NCBI RefSeq assembly: GCF_018350175.1
Contig: NC_058384.1
Coordinates: forward strand, 66,836,001-66,900,000
DNA length: 64,000 nucleotides
Reading direction: 5' to 3'
Source: Felis catus
Taxonomy: Eukaryota
Every line of letters starts with the position of its first letter. The stretch's first letter is position 1. Of the stretch, positions 1 to 11,140 are shown piece by piece. The notes beneath the pieces are model-generated. The model was not told the origin of the DNA. It worked only from the letters and a program-made list of their open reading frames with translations, and did not search any database. A program made the translations under genes and the position numbers.

Positions 1-1455
1 GAGAATGGAACAAGGCCACCATGCCCCTATCCTGGAGGACCAGTATACTTCAGCCCCTCGGCCAAGCAACGCCCAGAGCCAGTGAAGAAAGGCTGGTGAG
101 TCAGGCAGGCAGAACAGTTCATCTGGCCAGTGGGCTCCTCCCCCTGCTGTGTGTCCACAGCTCTGGAACATTCCAGCCAGGCGGACCGCAGAGACTCAAG
201 CACGTAGGGAGCAGGCCCAGGTGCCACGTGGTTCACATGCTCAGGCTACCTTGAAGCGTCTGACTTCTCAGATGGCATCTGGGGTCACAGCCACACCCCT
301 GTGCAGCACTGGGTCCCCACTCCGCCCGACAGCTGAGCCAGTGTCCCCCCAGCCCCTCCGCCAGCTAGGAGGCTGCTCTGTGCTCTGGAAGCCCTCTGAG
401 CCAGTGCCCCCATGACTCAGGCTGCCCTTACCCACCCCCTCCAGGAAGCCACCCTGGTAACGGAGAACCGGCCTCCAGCAGCCTCAGCTGCCAGTTTTGG
501 CCACAACTCCTCTTCCGTCACCCCCCACACACAGGGCCAGGACGTCACTCTCCCCTCCACATGACTGCGCCCGGAGAGCTCCCAGCAGTGGAGGTGACAT
601 CTTAGCAGAGTCAGGGGAAGGGGCAGCTCTGGCGTCACACGCCTGAGTCACGACATAGTCTGACAAAGGCAGGACCACTTTTGCTTTTGTTTTCCCTGAG
701 ACATACGATCCACAAGATCAGAGAGCACGTAAGTCCCTGAGCGCGGAGTGGAGCAGGAAGAAACTCCCGGGGGCCGGAATAAAGGCACCGGGACAGGGGA
801 AAACAGGGCAAACGGCCGAGAGATCAGCTCCCGGCATCGTCTGGCTGAGGAATTCCAGTCTCAGGTCTGGAGCAGGAGCCAAGCGCAGCAGGGAAGGGCT
901 GGGACTCGACGGTCAGACCCAGAGTCTGACCCCCGCCCTGCCCCACCCATCGCTGCCCGCGGGCAAGCTCCTCACCCGTGGTTTCCACCAGCAGAATACG
1001 GGGGTGATGATAACGCCACGACTGCGGCGCTACCTTGAGAATGAAATCAACTAAAGGCTGGTAATGCACTGAGAGCTGTGCCTGGCACGGCTGAAGAACT
1101 TACTCTCCAGGTTGAAGATGAGAACGTTCCTAACATCGTTCTGCCCGCTCCGTTCACCCTTCCTAAACAATCCTTTCGGCGGAAATGCATCGCACCCACT
1201 GGTTTCCGCCTCCCTGCCACTGGCTGCCCCCAGCAGGGGTGACCCCACCAGGCCAGCACCGAGCAACGGCGAGGGGAGGGCACACGGCACGAGGGCCGGC
1301 GGCTCCGAGAACAACCGAACCACACGGAGGGAGCTGGTCCTCAGATGCTTGCATCTGCCCTCCGTGTGATGTGGAAACACTTCCCGGGCGTCGTGACTCT
1401 CTTTCGGGAGGCAATACGGGAAGAGACGTGGCTTCTGCCGGGTCACAGAGCTTAC

Positions 1456-1503
1456 CTGAAGGACAGTCTTCTTCTTGGAGGGCTCATCTTCCTCGGAATC
1501 TGA
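1456..1503 (-). CDS. PRCC: PRCC coding exon 2 (SDSEEDEPSKKKTVLQ)
   Basis: Minus strand reads ttcttag|TCA GAT TCC GAG GAA GAT GAG CCC TCC AAG AAG AAG ACT GTC CTT CAG|gtaag. 48 bp, phase 0-0, continues exon 1 (...ELRKGD). Not in the ORF track. Later exons lie left of the window. Confidence 0.93.
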
Positions 1504-2248
1504 CTAAGAAAAAAAGAAACGGGATAAGGCCTTCCTGCGTGAGGGCGGTGGAGGAAACACCCGCATCCAGCGAGGTCCGGACAAGGGCGGCCCACGGGTC
1601 TGTGCGGTTGCAGGGGAAGCCCCGAGAGCTCCCTCCCTGCTCTCGAACCGCCTCAGGGAGAAGGGGTGTGTGGTGACTTCCCCAGGGCGCTCCTTCTGCC
1701 CCGGGTCCTGCGGCCCAGGCTCCTTGGCATCGATTTCTATTCCTTTAAAGTAAAAGCATTTCCTCCCGTTTAGACCCGGTGGAAAGAAAAGGCTACACCC
1801 ATTTTTCTCCTAATAAATCTGTCTGCTGGAAGACGGATGGATGTGGCCCACCATCTCCCCCAGTCTCAGCTGCCCTTCTGAAACCGCTCACGCAGACAAC
1901 ATGACCACACGGCCGGGCAACTCCGGCGGGAGTTAAGTGGGGTGTTAACTACGCTCTGTGCAGCATTAAAGGTCAAAGCCATTGGAGAAATCCATTCCCT
2001 CTGCAAGTATGATCTACCGTCTGCCAGACAGAGTTGCTCGCGTCCAGGAAGAAGGTGAGCAAATGGGGACGGTGAGCGCTGGGGGCAACACAGGAGGCCA
2101 TTTGTGTCACCCGCTGACTCACCGGGGCTGTCCCTAACACAAGCTCTCACACTGGAAGCTACCTGACCTTGGAGCTCAGTACCAGATCCTGAACATCGCC
2201 ATCGATCAAAAAGGTGCAAGCCTATGATTTTTCAAGGTTATTCCCCTA

Positions 2249-2462
2249 GGGGGCGCCTGCGGGCTCAGGCGATGGAGAGACCGACCTCGGCTCTGGCGGT
2301 TCAGGAGGTGAAGCGCCCAGGGGGGCTCTGGGCTGACAGCTGGGAGCCCGGAGCCTGCTTCGGATTCTGTGTCTCCCTCTCTCTCTGCCCCTCCCCACTC
2401 GCACTCTGTCTCTCTCTTTCTCTCCAAAATAAATAAAAGCATTAAGAATAATTACAAATAAA
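2249..2462 (+). mobile_element. Can-SINE (feliform SINEC_Fc-like), 5' half diverged
   Basis: GGGGCGCCTG start, GAGCCTGCTTCGGATTCTGTGTCTCCC core, (CT)n tract and A-rich tail. Confidence 0.85.
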
Positions 2463-2498
2463 TACATAGGGAAGCAAGTAAGTAAGTAAGTAAATCCC

Positions 2499-2700
2499 GG
2501 GACGCCTGGGTGGCTCAGTCAGTTGAGTGTCTGACTCTTGATTTAGGGTCAGGTCACGATCCCAGGGTCATGGGATGCGCGACGAATGTGGAGCCTCCTT
2601 GAGATTCTCTCCCCACCCCACCCCCCACTTGCACACTCTCTCTGTCTCTGTAAAATAAAAAGTAATAACGCTAAAGCATTTTTAAAAATTAAGAATAAAT
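2499..2700 (+). mobile_element. Can-SINE (older subfamily)
   Basis: GGGACGCCTGGGTGGCTCAGTCAGTTGAG...GATTCTCT, A-rich tail. Confidence 0.85.
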
Positions 2701-4186
2701 AACAAGTGAATTCTCAAGCCAAGAACCTTAAAAGCTTTCATTTGTTCCCAGGGCCTGCTTTGGGTGTCTGCGCATAAAGGGGATCAGGCAGGTCTCAAGA
2801 CGCGTCCGTGTGCAAGATGCTGCAAGAACTCAAACGCTCTGCTGCAATCTCTCGGCCGACCCTCACGGCCCACAAGTCCCTCCCCCGGCTCATCGGCTAC
2901 AAGGACCTCACAGCGACTGAGAATCTACTCTGTGCAATCCACAGTGCACGTATCGACGGATGTCCCGATGGCCACCCCAGGCTGGGTGATGGGAAGACGA
3001 TGCTCATCCGCTCTGCCCATGGGCACAGGACAGGGCCTGGAGCAGGTAGAGTCCTGTCCCCTGTTCCCCAGATCAGTCCCCCCCGGTGTGCCTCAAAGAT
3101 TTTGTGTGTGTGCTGTGCCACGGAAGAAGTCCCCGTCCTCAAGGAACTCACAATCCAGTAAGAGTGACAAGCGGCACGTAACAAGGCAGGACAACACAAA
3201 GGGCGTCAAGTGTGGTTCAAACACCCCCTCCACGAATCTGCTGGTCCCACGTTTGTCTCTCCTCCATGTGGGGCCTCACCTTACCGCCCAGTCCCGGCAC
3301 CTGTATCAGTATGTTACAAAACCCGTAAGGGGAGTCTGTCTGGGGGGCAGGGGGACAGGGGAAGAGGTGGCAGAGGGCAGGACAGTCATCTTAGGTGGCA
3401 ATCAACTCACGACGCTTCACTCGTCCTTCCAGTAACACTTCCCGGCAGGCCTTGTCATCTCAGTTTCGAGGGGGAGGGAAGGCAGGCCCGGAGAGGTCAA
3501 GTACCAGCTGGAGCACGGCGGAACCAAGGGCCGGAACCATTCAGCTCGCGCGTCTCCGCAGAGACACTGTGCCGAGTTGTCCCCTGGTGGCCGGGCCCGA
3601 GATCCGCCCTGACCAGGCCCCTCAAGACCCCACACGACGCAGACGGGCGCACACGGCACCAAATCAGAACTACAAGTGTGAGTCTCGGCTGTGCCATTTA
3701 TTTGCGGCCCCCAAGCCTGTGGAAAATAGCACGCGCACACATCACAACGATGCGCTAAAGACCGCACGAGCGTCTAGCCATAGAAACGTACATAAATGAA
3801 AGTTCTTGGCAGAGTTCGAGGACTCTCATTCTCTCCGGCCTGCCAAGACATCAAACTCAACCAAAAAAAAAAAAAAAAAAGCAAATAAACAAAACATTAA
3901 GCCCCAAACACCTAAACATCTTGACTCGTTCTCTCTGTTCCAAACTCCCATTACCTCAGAGACCCCTGACCATCCCCTGGCCTCGTAACCACAGAGACAC
4001 GTCCCCTCCCTGGCAGGGCGCGTGTGGAACCACCTCACTACCGGGCACAGACAGTTTTCGTGACGTCTGGAGGCCCAATTAAACTTTAACATCTTAGGCA
4101 ATTAGGTTCAAGTGCAACAATGTGCAAATAAACAGGTTTTGTCCAAGTCTCAGATGATTACGTTTATAAAACTGTACAAACATATA

Positions 4187-4605
4187 TTTTTTTTAATTTT
4201 TATTTTAACGTTTATTTTTGAGACAGAGAGAGACAGAGCATGAATGGGGGAGGGTCAGAGAGAGGGAGACACAATCTGAAACAGGCTCCAGGCTCTGAGC
4301 TGTCAGCACAGAGCCCGACGCGGGGCTCGAACTCACGGACTGCGAGATCATGACCTGAGCCGAAGCCGGCCACCTAACCGACTGAGCCACCCAGGCGCCC
4401 CAATTATTATTTTTTTTTAACATTTAGTTTTGAAAAAGAAAGACAGAAAGACAGTGTGAATGGGAGAGGGCCAGAGAGGGAGACCCAGAATCCCAAGCAC
4501 GCTTTGTGCTGACGCGGGGCTCAAACTCAAAAACTGTGAGATCATCACCTGAGTCGAGGTCAAGAGTCGGATATGCTTAACCGACTGAGCCACCCAGGCG
4601 GCCCC
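4187..4605 (-). mobile_element. Two tandem Can-SINEs (4187-4401 and 4410-4605)
   Basis: Each has poly-T, (GA)n and ends CTGAGCCACCCAGGCG(G)CCCC. Confidence 0.9.
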
Positions 4606-4607
4606 AT

Positions 4608-5100
4608 AACATTTGCCACTTTAACCGCTGTGTGCACTCGGTAGCATTAAGTGCGTTCAGTGCTGTACAACCATCACCACTATTTCTGGAACTTTCCATC
4701 ATCCCAAACAGAGAGTCTGTACCTGGTAAACAATACCTCCCCTTGCCTGCTCGCTGCACTCCAGCCCCAGGGACCCTCCACTCTCTTGTCTCCTGGGCTC
4801 TGCACACTGTGGGCATTTCATGTGGCTGGGATCACACGGCACGTCCCCCGCTGTGGCTGGCTTGTTCCTCTTAGCGTAACGCCTTCCAAGGCCATCCACG
4901 CTGCACACGTGTCAGAGTTTCCTTCCTTTTTAAGGCTCAATGACACGTGTGGCATGGACATGTCGTGCTGCTGTCCACTTGTGGACACCTGGGCTGCGGG
5001 CGCCTTCCGGCCGTGGAGAAGAGCGTTGCCGCGGACATGGGCGTGCGTGTGGGAGGCCTGCTCTCGGCTCTTTTCACCGAGGAATGAAACTGCCGGATCA
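4608..5100 (-). mobile_element. Ancient L1 (L1MB-like) 3' end fragment
   Basis: GCATTAAGTGCGTTCAGTGCTGTACAACCATCACCACTATTTCTGGAACTTTCCATCATCCCAAAC resembles the antisense 3'UTR of L1MB. Confidence 0.7.
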
Positions 5101-5102
5101 CA

Positions 5103-5450
5103 GGGGCACCGGGCCGGCTCAGTCGGGGGAGCCATGCGACTCGATCTCGGGGTCATGGGTTCAAGCCCCATGTTGGGTGTAGAGCTTACTTAAGAAGAAA
5201 CTTAAAAAATAAAATTAAAAAAAAAAAAGAGGGGCACCTGGGTGGCTCAGTCGGTTGAGCGTCCGACCAACCGACTTCGGCTGAGGTCATGATCTCGCAG
5301 TCCATGAGTTTGAGCCCCGCGTCGGGCTCTGTGCTGACAGCTCAGAGCCTGGAGCCTGTTTCAGATTCTGTGTCTCCCTCTCTCTGACCCTCCCCGTCTC
5401 GTGCTCCGGCTCTCTTAATAACAAATAAATGTTTAAAAAAAAAGAAAGAA
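5103..5450 (+). mobile_element. Short tRNA-derived SINE (5103-5229) plus full Can-SINE (5231-5450)
   Basis: A-box/B-box (GGTTCAAGCCCC) and A tail; the second element has the SINEC_Fc core. Confidence 0.88.
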
Positions 5451-6119
5451 ACTGCTAGACTGCGGAGTAATTCCAAGTGACCTTCTGAGGAACTGCCACA
5501 CTTTTCCACAGGAGTAGATCAAACGAAGGCCATAGAGTCAGCTCCTAGAGAGCAGCAATCAGCCAGTGGTGACCTGGGCAGGGCTGTGCCATCAGACCCC
5601 GAGAGGGCGACGTTCCAGGCGCCACGGAGCCTCGGGCTGGGCCAGCGCAGGCCCTCCTGGGTCTCAGAGGCGCAAACTGCTTGCGCCTCTGAAGGAGAAA
5701 GGAACGGACGTCTTGGCCTCACAAGAGCCTGAGCCTCCACGGCCACCACTGTCCTCTCCGCTCCAGCTGCCAAGAGTGACAAGACGCACGCACGGAGACT
5801 GCAGAGCAAAACGGAAACAGACATTTTCCATTAAGCCGGCCCAGTGGGATCTGCTCATCTATCAGAGCGGTTCTCTTATCTTCCCAGGCTCGGGCTCTGG
5901 CACACGCCCGCCCCAAAAGGCCATCTCGAGCTGCCAGGGCCAGGAGCCAGGGAGGAAAGAAGGGCCCAGGCCCCGACCCCCCCAGGCTCCAAACCCGAAT
6001 CACCACCACACTCCTCGCGGCTTTATCCCAATTAGCCTGACTCATCAGCCGGTTTCCGTCTTTGGTCTCCTGATCTTCTGCGGACAGGTGCCCTCCAGTT
6101 AGAGCAATGTTCCCTTTCG

Positions 6120-9100
6120 CCTGCCTCTCCCCTACAGCACCCTCACCGCACTGCCTCTCCCCTGCCGCATCCTCACCATGCTGCCTCTCCCCTGCCGTAC
6201 CCTCACCGTGCTGCCTCTCCCCTGCAGCACCCTCACCGCGTTGCCTCCCCGCTGCAGCACCCTCACCACACTGCCTCTCCCCTACAGCACCCTCACCACG
6301 CTGCCTCTCCCCTACAGCACCCTCACCGCACTGCCTCTCCCCTGCCGCATCCTCACCATGCTGCCTCTCCCCTGCCGTACCCTCACCGTGCTGCCTCTCC
6401 CCTGCAGCACCCTCACTGCGTTGCCTCCCCGCTACAGCACCCTCACCACACTGCCTCTCCCCTACAGCACCCTCACCGCGTTGCCTCTCCCCTGCCACAT
6501 CTCGCCGCACTGCTTCTTCCCTACACCACCCTCACCACGCTGCCTCTCCCCTGCCGTACCCTCACTGTGCTGCCTCCCCCCTACAGCACCCTCACTGCGT
6601 TGCCTCTCCCCTGCCACATCCTCACCGCGCTGCCTCTCCCCTGCCACATCCTCACTGTGCGGTCTCTCCCCTGCCATACCCTCACCGCGCTGCCTCTCCC
6701 CTACAGCAAGCACCCTCATCATGTTGCCTCTCCCCTACAGCACCCTCACTGCGCAGCCTCTCCCCTACAGCACCCTCACCGTGTTGCCTCTCCCCTGCCA
6801 CATCCTCACCACGCTGCCTCTCCCCTGCCTCACCTTCACCACGCTGCCTCTCCCCTATAGCACCTTCACCGTGTTGCCTCTCCCCTGCCACATCCTCACC
6901 GCGCTGCCTCCCTCTGCCACACCCTCACCACACTGCCTCTCCCCTACAGCACCCTCACCGTGTTGCCTCTCCCCTGCCACATCCTCACCACGCTGCCTCT
7001 CCCGCCTCACCCTCACCACGCTGCCTCTCCCCTGCCACATCCGCACCACGCTGCCTCTCCCCTGCCTCACCCTCACCACGCTGCCTCTCCCCTGCTACAT
7101 CCGCACCAGGCTGCCTCTCCCCTGCCTCACCCTCACCACGCTGCCTCTCCCCTGCCACATCCTCACTGTGCGGTCTCTCCCCTGCCGTACCCTCACCGCA
7201 CTGCCTCTCCCCTACAGCAAGCACCCTCATAGTGTTGCCTCTCCCCTACAGCACCCTCACTGCGCGGCCTCTCCCCTACAGCACCCTCACTGCGTTGCTT
7301 CTCCCCTGCCACATCCTCACCACGCTGCCTCTCCCCTGCCTCACCCTCACCACGCTGCCTCTCCCCTGCCACATCCACACCACGCTGCCTCTCCCCTGCC
7401 TCACCCTCACCGTGCTGCCTCTCCCCTGCCACATCCTCACTGTGCAGTCTCTCCCCTGCCGTACCCTCACCGCGCTGCCTCCCCCTACAGCAAGCACCCT
7501 CACCGTGTTGCCTCTCCCCTGCCACATCCTCACCGCGCTACCTCTCCCCTGCCATACCCTCACTGCGCTCTCTCCTACAGCACCTTCACCGTGTTGCCTC
7601 TCCCCTGCCACATCCTCACTGCGCTGCCTCCCTCTGCCACACCCTCACCGTGTTGCCTCTCCCCTGCCACATCCTCACCGCGCTGCCTCTCCCTCACCGT
7701 GCTGCCTCTCCCCTGCCACATCCTCACTGTGCAGTCTCTCCCCTGCCGTACCCTCACCGCGCTGCCTCTCCCCTACAGCACCCTCACCGTGTTGCCTCTC
7801 CCCTGCCACATCCTCACCGCGTTGCCTCTCCCCTGCCTCACTCTCTCCCCTGCCACATCCTCACCACACTGCCTCTCCCCTGCCTCACCCTCACCGTATT
7901 GCCTCTCCCCTGCCACATCCTCACTGTGCGGTCTCTCCCCTGCCATACCCTCACCGCGCTGCCTCTCCCCTACAGCACCCTCACCACGCTGCCTCTCCCC
8001 TACAGCACCCTCACCACGCTGCCTCTCCCCTACAGCACCCTCACCGCACTGCCTCTCCCCTGCCGCATCCTCACCATGCTGCCTCTCCCCTGCCGTACCC
8101 TCACCGTGCTGCCTCTCCCCTGCAGCACCCTCACTGCGTTGCCTCCCTGCTACAGCACCCTCACCACGCTGCCTCTCCCCTACAGCACCCTCACCGCGTT
8201 GCCTCTCCCCTGCCACATCTCACCGCACTGCTTCTTCCCTACACCACCCTCACCACGCTGCCTCTCCCCTACAGCACCCTCACTGCGCTGCCTCTCCCCT
8301 GCCACATCCTCACCGCGCTGCCTCTCCCCTGCCGTACCCTCACTGTGCTGCCTCCCCCCTACAGCACCCTCACTGCGTTGCCTCTCCCCTGCCACATCCT
8401 CACCGCGCTGCCTCTCCCCTGCCACATCCTCACTGTGCGGTCTCTCCCCTGCCATACCCTCACCGCGCTGCCTCTCCCCTACAGCAAGCACCCTCATCAT
8501 GTTGCCTCTCCCCTACAGCACCCTCACTGCGCAGCCTCTCCCCTACAGCACCCTCACCGTGTTGCCTCTCCCCTGCCACATCCTCACCACGCTACCTCTC
8601 CCCTGCCATACCCTCACTGCGCTGCCTCTCCCCTATAGCACCTTCACCGTGTTGCCTCCCCCCTGCCACATCCTCACCGCGCTGCCTCCCTCTGCCACAC
8701 CCTCACCGCACTGCCTCTCCCCTACAGCACCCTCACCATGTTGCCTCTCCCCTGCCACATCCTCACTGCGCTGCCTCCCTCTGCCATACCCTCACCGCAC
8801 TGCCTCTCCCCTACAGCACCCTCACCGTGTTGCCTCTCCCCTGCCACATCCTCACCGCGCTGCCTCTCCCCTGCCTCACCCTCACCACGCTGCCTCTCCC
8901 CTGCCTCACCCTCACCACGCTGCCTCTCCCCTGCCACATCCTCACTGTGCGGTCTCTCCCCTGCCGTACCCTCACCGCACTGCCTCTCCCCTACAGCAAG
9001 CACCCTCATCGTGTTGCCTCTCCCCTACAGCACCCTCACTGCGCAGCCTCTCCCCTACAGCAAGCACCCTCACCGTGTTGCCTCTCCCCACCGCACCCTC
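6120..9100. repeat. ~30-bp minisatellite (VNTR), ~100 copies, in PRCC intron 1
   Basis: Unit approximately CCCTCACCGCGCTGCCTCTCCCCT(ACAGCA/GCCACA), with 29- and 34-bp variants. Strongly C-rich on +. Confidence 0.97.
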
Positions 9101-9541
9101 ACCTGCTGCCTGTACAGCTGTGCTTGTCCATGGCTCTTCTCTCTCCCCAACGGGCACTGCTTCAGAACAAAACACCCCTGGACCCAACCCTGCTACTCCC
9201 AAACTGTGACTTGAGACAGATCACCTCTGTTCTCTAAACTCCTGTTTCCTCACCTGTAGACCAGGGCTGCAACCGCCCAGGCAGTGTCAGCCACTCAGCG
9301 GGTGTCCCAGAAGGGTCTGTGCCCCTTCCCGCCCCACCTCTACCGAGGGCTGAAACTCAGCTAAACCTGCTGCCGTCAACTCTTTACTTGGTTAACGGAA
9401 ATGACCAAAATTAGTGAAGTCTGCCTCTCACACCCTCCAATTTTCCACTATCTGGGTAAACGATCTGGAAGTATAAGTAATCCTAACCCAGATAAGCCTC
9501 AAATTTGCTTGCTCTAAAATGCATGTTATAGGACACAAAAC

Positions 9542-9764
9542 TTTTTATTTTTTTTTTTAAATTTTTAAATGTTTATTTATTTTTGAGAGTGAGAGAGAAA
9601 GAGACAGAGTGCAAGCAGGGGAGGGGCAGAGAGAGGAAGACACGGAATCCCAAGCAGGCTCCGAGCTGTCAGCACTGAGCCCGTTGTGGGGCTCGAACCC
9701 TTGAGCCTTGAGATCACGACCCAAGACGAAGTCAGACGCGCAGACTGAGCCACCCAGGTGCCCC
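9542..9764 (-). mobile_element. Can-SINE with target-site duplication
   Basis: Poly-T...CCACCCAGGTGCCCC; TSD AGGACA(C/G)AAAACT at 9530-9542 and 9766-9778. Confidence 0.9.
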
Positions 9765-10349
9765 AAGGACAGAAAACTCTTACAGCAGACTCACTTTGCT
9801 AATTTTGACATTTTGTATCCTAATTTTAGAAGTCTGAGTCCATGAAATCAACAATCGTCCAGCCCGATGCGTGGGGGGGTGGGGTTAGCTCGGGTGGAGT
9901 AAGAAGAGAAGAAGGGAAAAGGAAATGACCATCTGTTCCGTGGGTCGTTCCCAGTCCCTCATGTAAACCGAAGGCTGACTGAATGTGACCTCGTGTCGCA
10001 CCTGGACAGACTTGGGCGCTGCCCCGCCCCGACTGCAGCTGACTGATGAGCCGACCCACATCAGACCGACCGTATTCTCTCTCCTGGAACACCAGGACCG
10101 GGACTAAGAACGCGGCTCCATCTGGACTGATCACTAAAGAGAAATAAAACACGAGAAGGGGTGGGGGTGGGGTGGCCATCTTTCATCGGCAGCAAAGGTC
10201 AAGCAGCAGAGGAAACTGATCTGCAGCCAAAGAAGCATGAATCAACCACGCAAAGATCTCCAACTTCTGACTCCAGGCCCTTTCCCCGGGCACCTCGGGA
10301 CATTCATTATTCAACCTGGCTTGAGGTGGTTTCTGATCCTTGCAACCAA

Positions 10350-11140
10350 CTAAATCCAGCTAATCCCCAATCTGCTCTGTATTCCCTAAATAAATGGCAC
10401 CACTACCCTCCGGCTGCCTGAGCTAAAAGGCAGGGGTCAACCTTGAATCCTGGCCCTCACCTAGGCCGTCCCATCGACCGCCCAGACGCTCTACCTCCTC
10501 CACAGCCCTGCCGCCTGCAGCTCTCCCCAGGCCCGCGCCCGGGTGCCCAGGCCATCGCCCCCTGCCACGCTGTGCCTGCCGGTCTTGCTCCCCCAGGTCT
10601 TAGGCGCTGTGCAACCAGAGAATTCTTGCTCGGCCCGTTAAGGGCGCCTCGCTACCCCAGGGTCACTTACGAAGGCCCTTCCGTGGTGCCCAGAGGCCAC
10701 ATCCCCTGGCCTCAGCACCCCCACGTCCCCGCATCCAGCTCCGGAGCTTAACTCACTCCAGGTGCCCCGGAAGCATGGTCTCTCTTGCCGCTAAGCTCCC
10801 TGCCGCGTCCTGCCCCTCCGCCTGACGTGCTCCTCCCCGCGGCACCCGCTTTCTCCGGCTCCCTCTACTCACGTATCTCATCTCTGGGCAGACATCTCCT
10901 CCCTCTGGCAGCCTCCCCAGCCTCTAGACCGGATTAGCACCCACTAGGTACGTTCCCACGGCACCAGCTCTACCGTGGCTCTTCTCCGACTTGACCTGAA
11001 ATCTATCTCCTCGTCCGCCTCCTCCAGAAGCTCCTTGTGGGCAGAGCCTATCACGTTCACCGTACTCCGAGCTGCTGGCACAGAGAAGCAGGATAGGATC
11101 GAACGAACGAACGATCGAACGAACCAACGAACGAACGAGA
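10350..11140 (+). mobile_element. L2 LINE 3' fragment, heavily diverged
   Basis: AAATGGCACCACTACCCTCC...CTTGAATCC and terminal CTGGCACAGAG followed by a tetranucleotide tail, typical of L2 3' ends. Confidence 0.6.

Noticed and set aside
5103-5229. tRNA-like sequences here and at 51396-51493
   Set aside because: A/B boxes are present but the cloverleaf is degenerate and an A tail follows; these are tRNA-derived SINEs, not tRNA genes.
6120-9100. CRISPR-like array or PRDM9 hotspot motif
   Set aside because: Tandem units have no unique spacers and the genome is mammalian. The unit does not fit the spacing of the human CCnCCnTnnCCnC motif, which is species-specific anyway.
5719-9237. Very long ORFs (843, 1019 and 519 aa) with CLSPxAPSPR / LPLPxxTLT / PHxAASPL 10-aa repeats
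   Set aside because: They are translations of a 30-bp minisatellite whose C-rich strand lacks stops in all frames. They lie antisense in a PRCC intron, shift frame at 29/34-bp variant units, and have no promoter or exon context.
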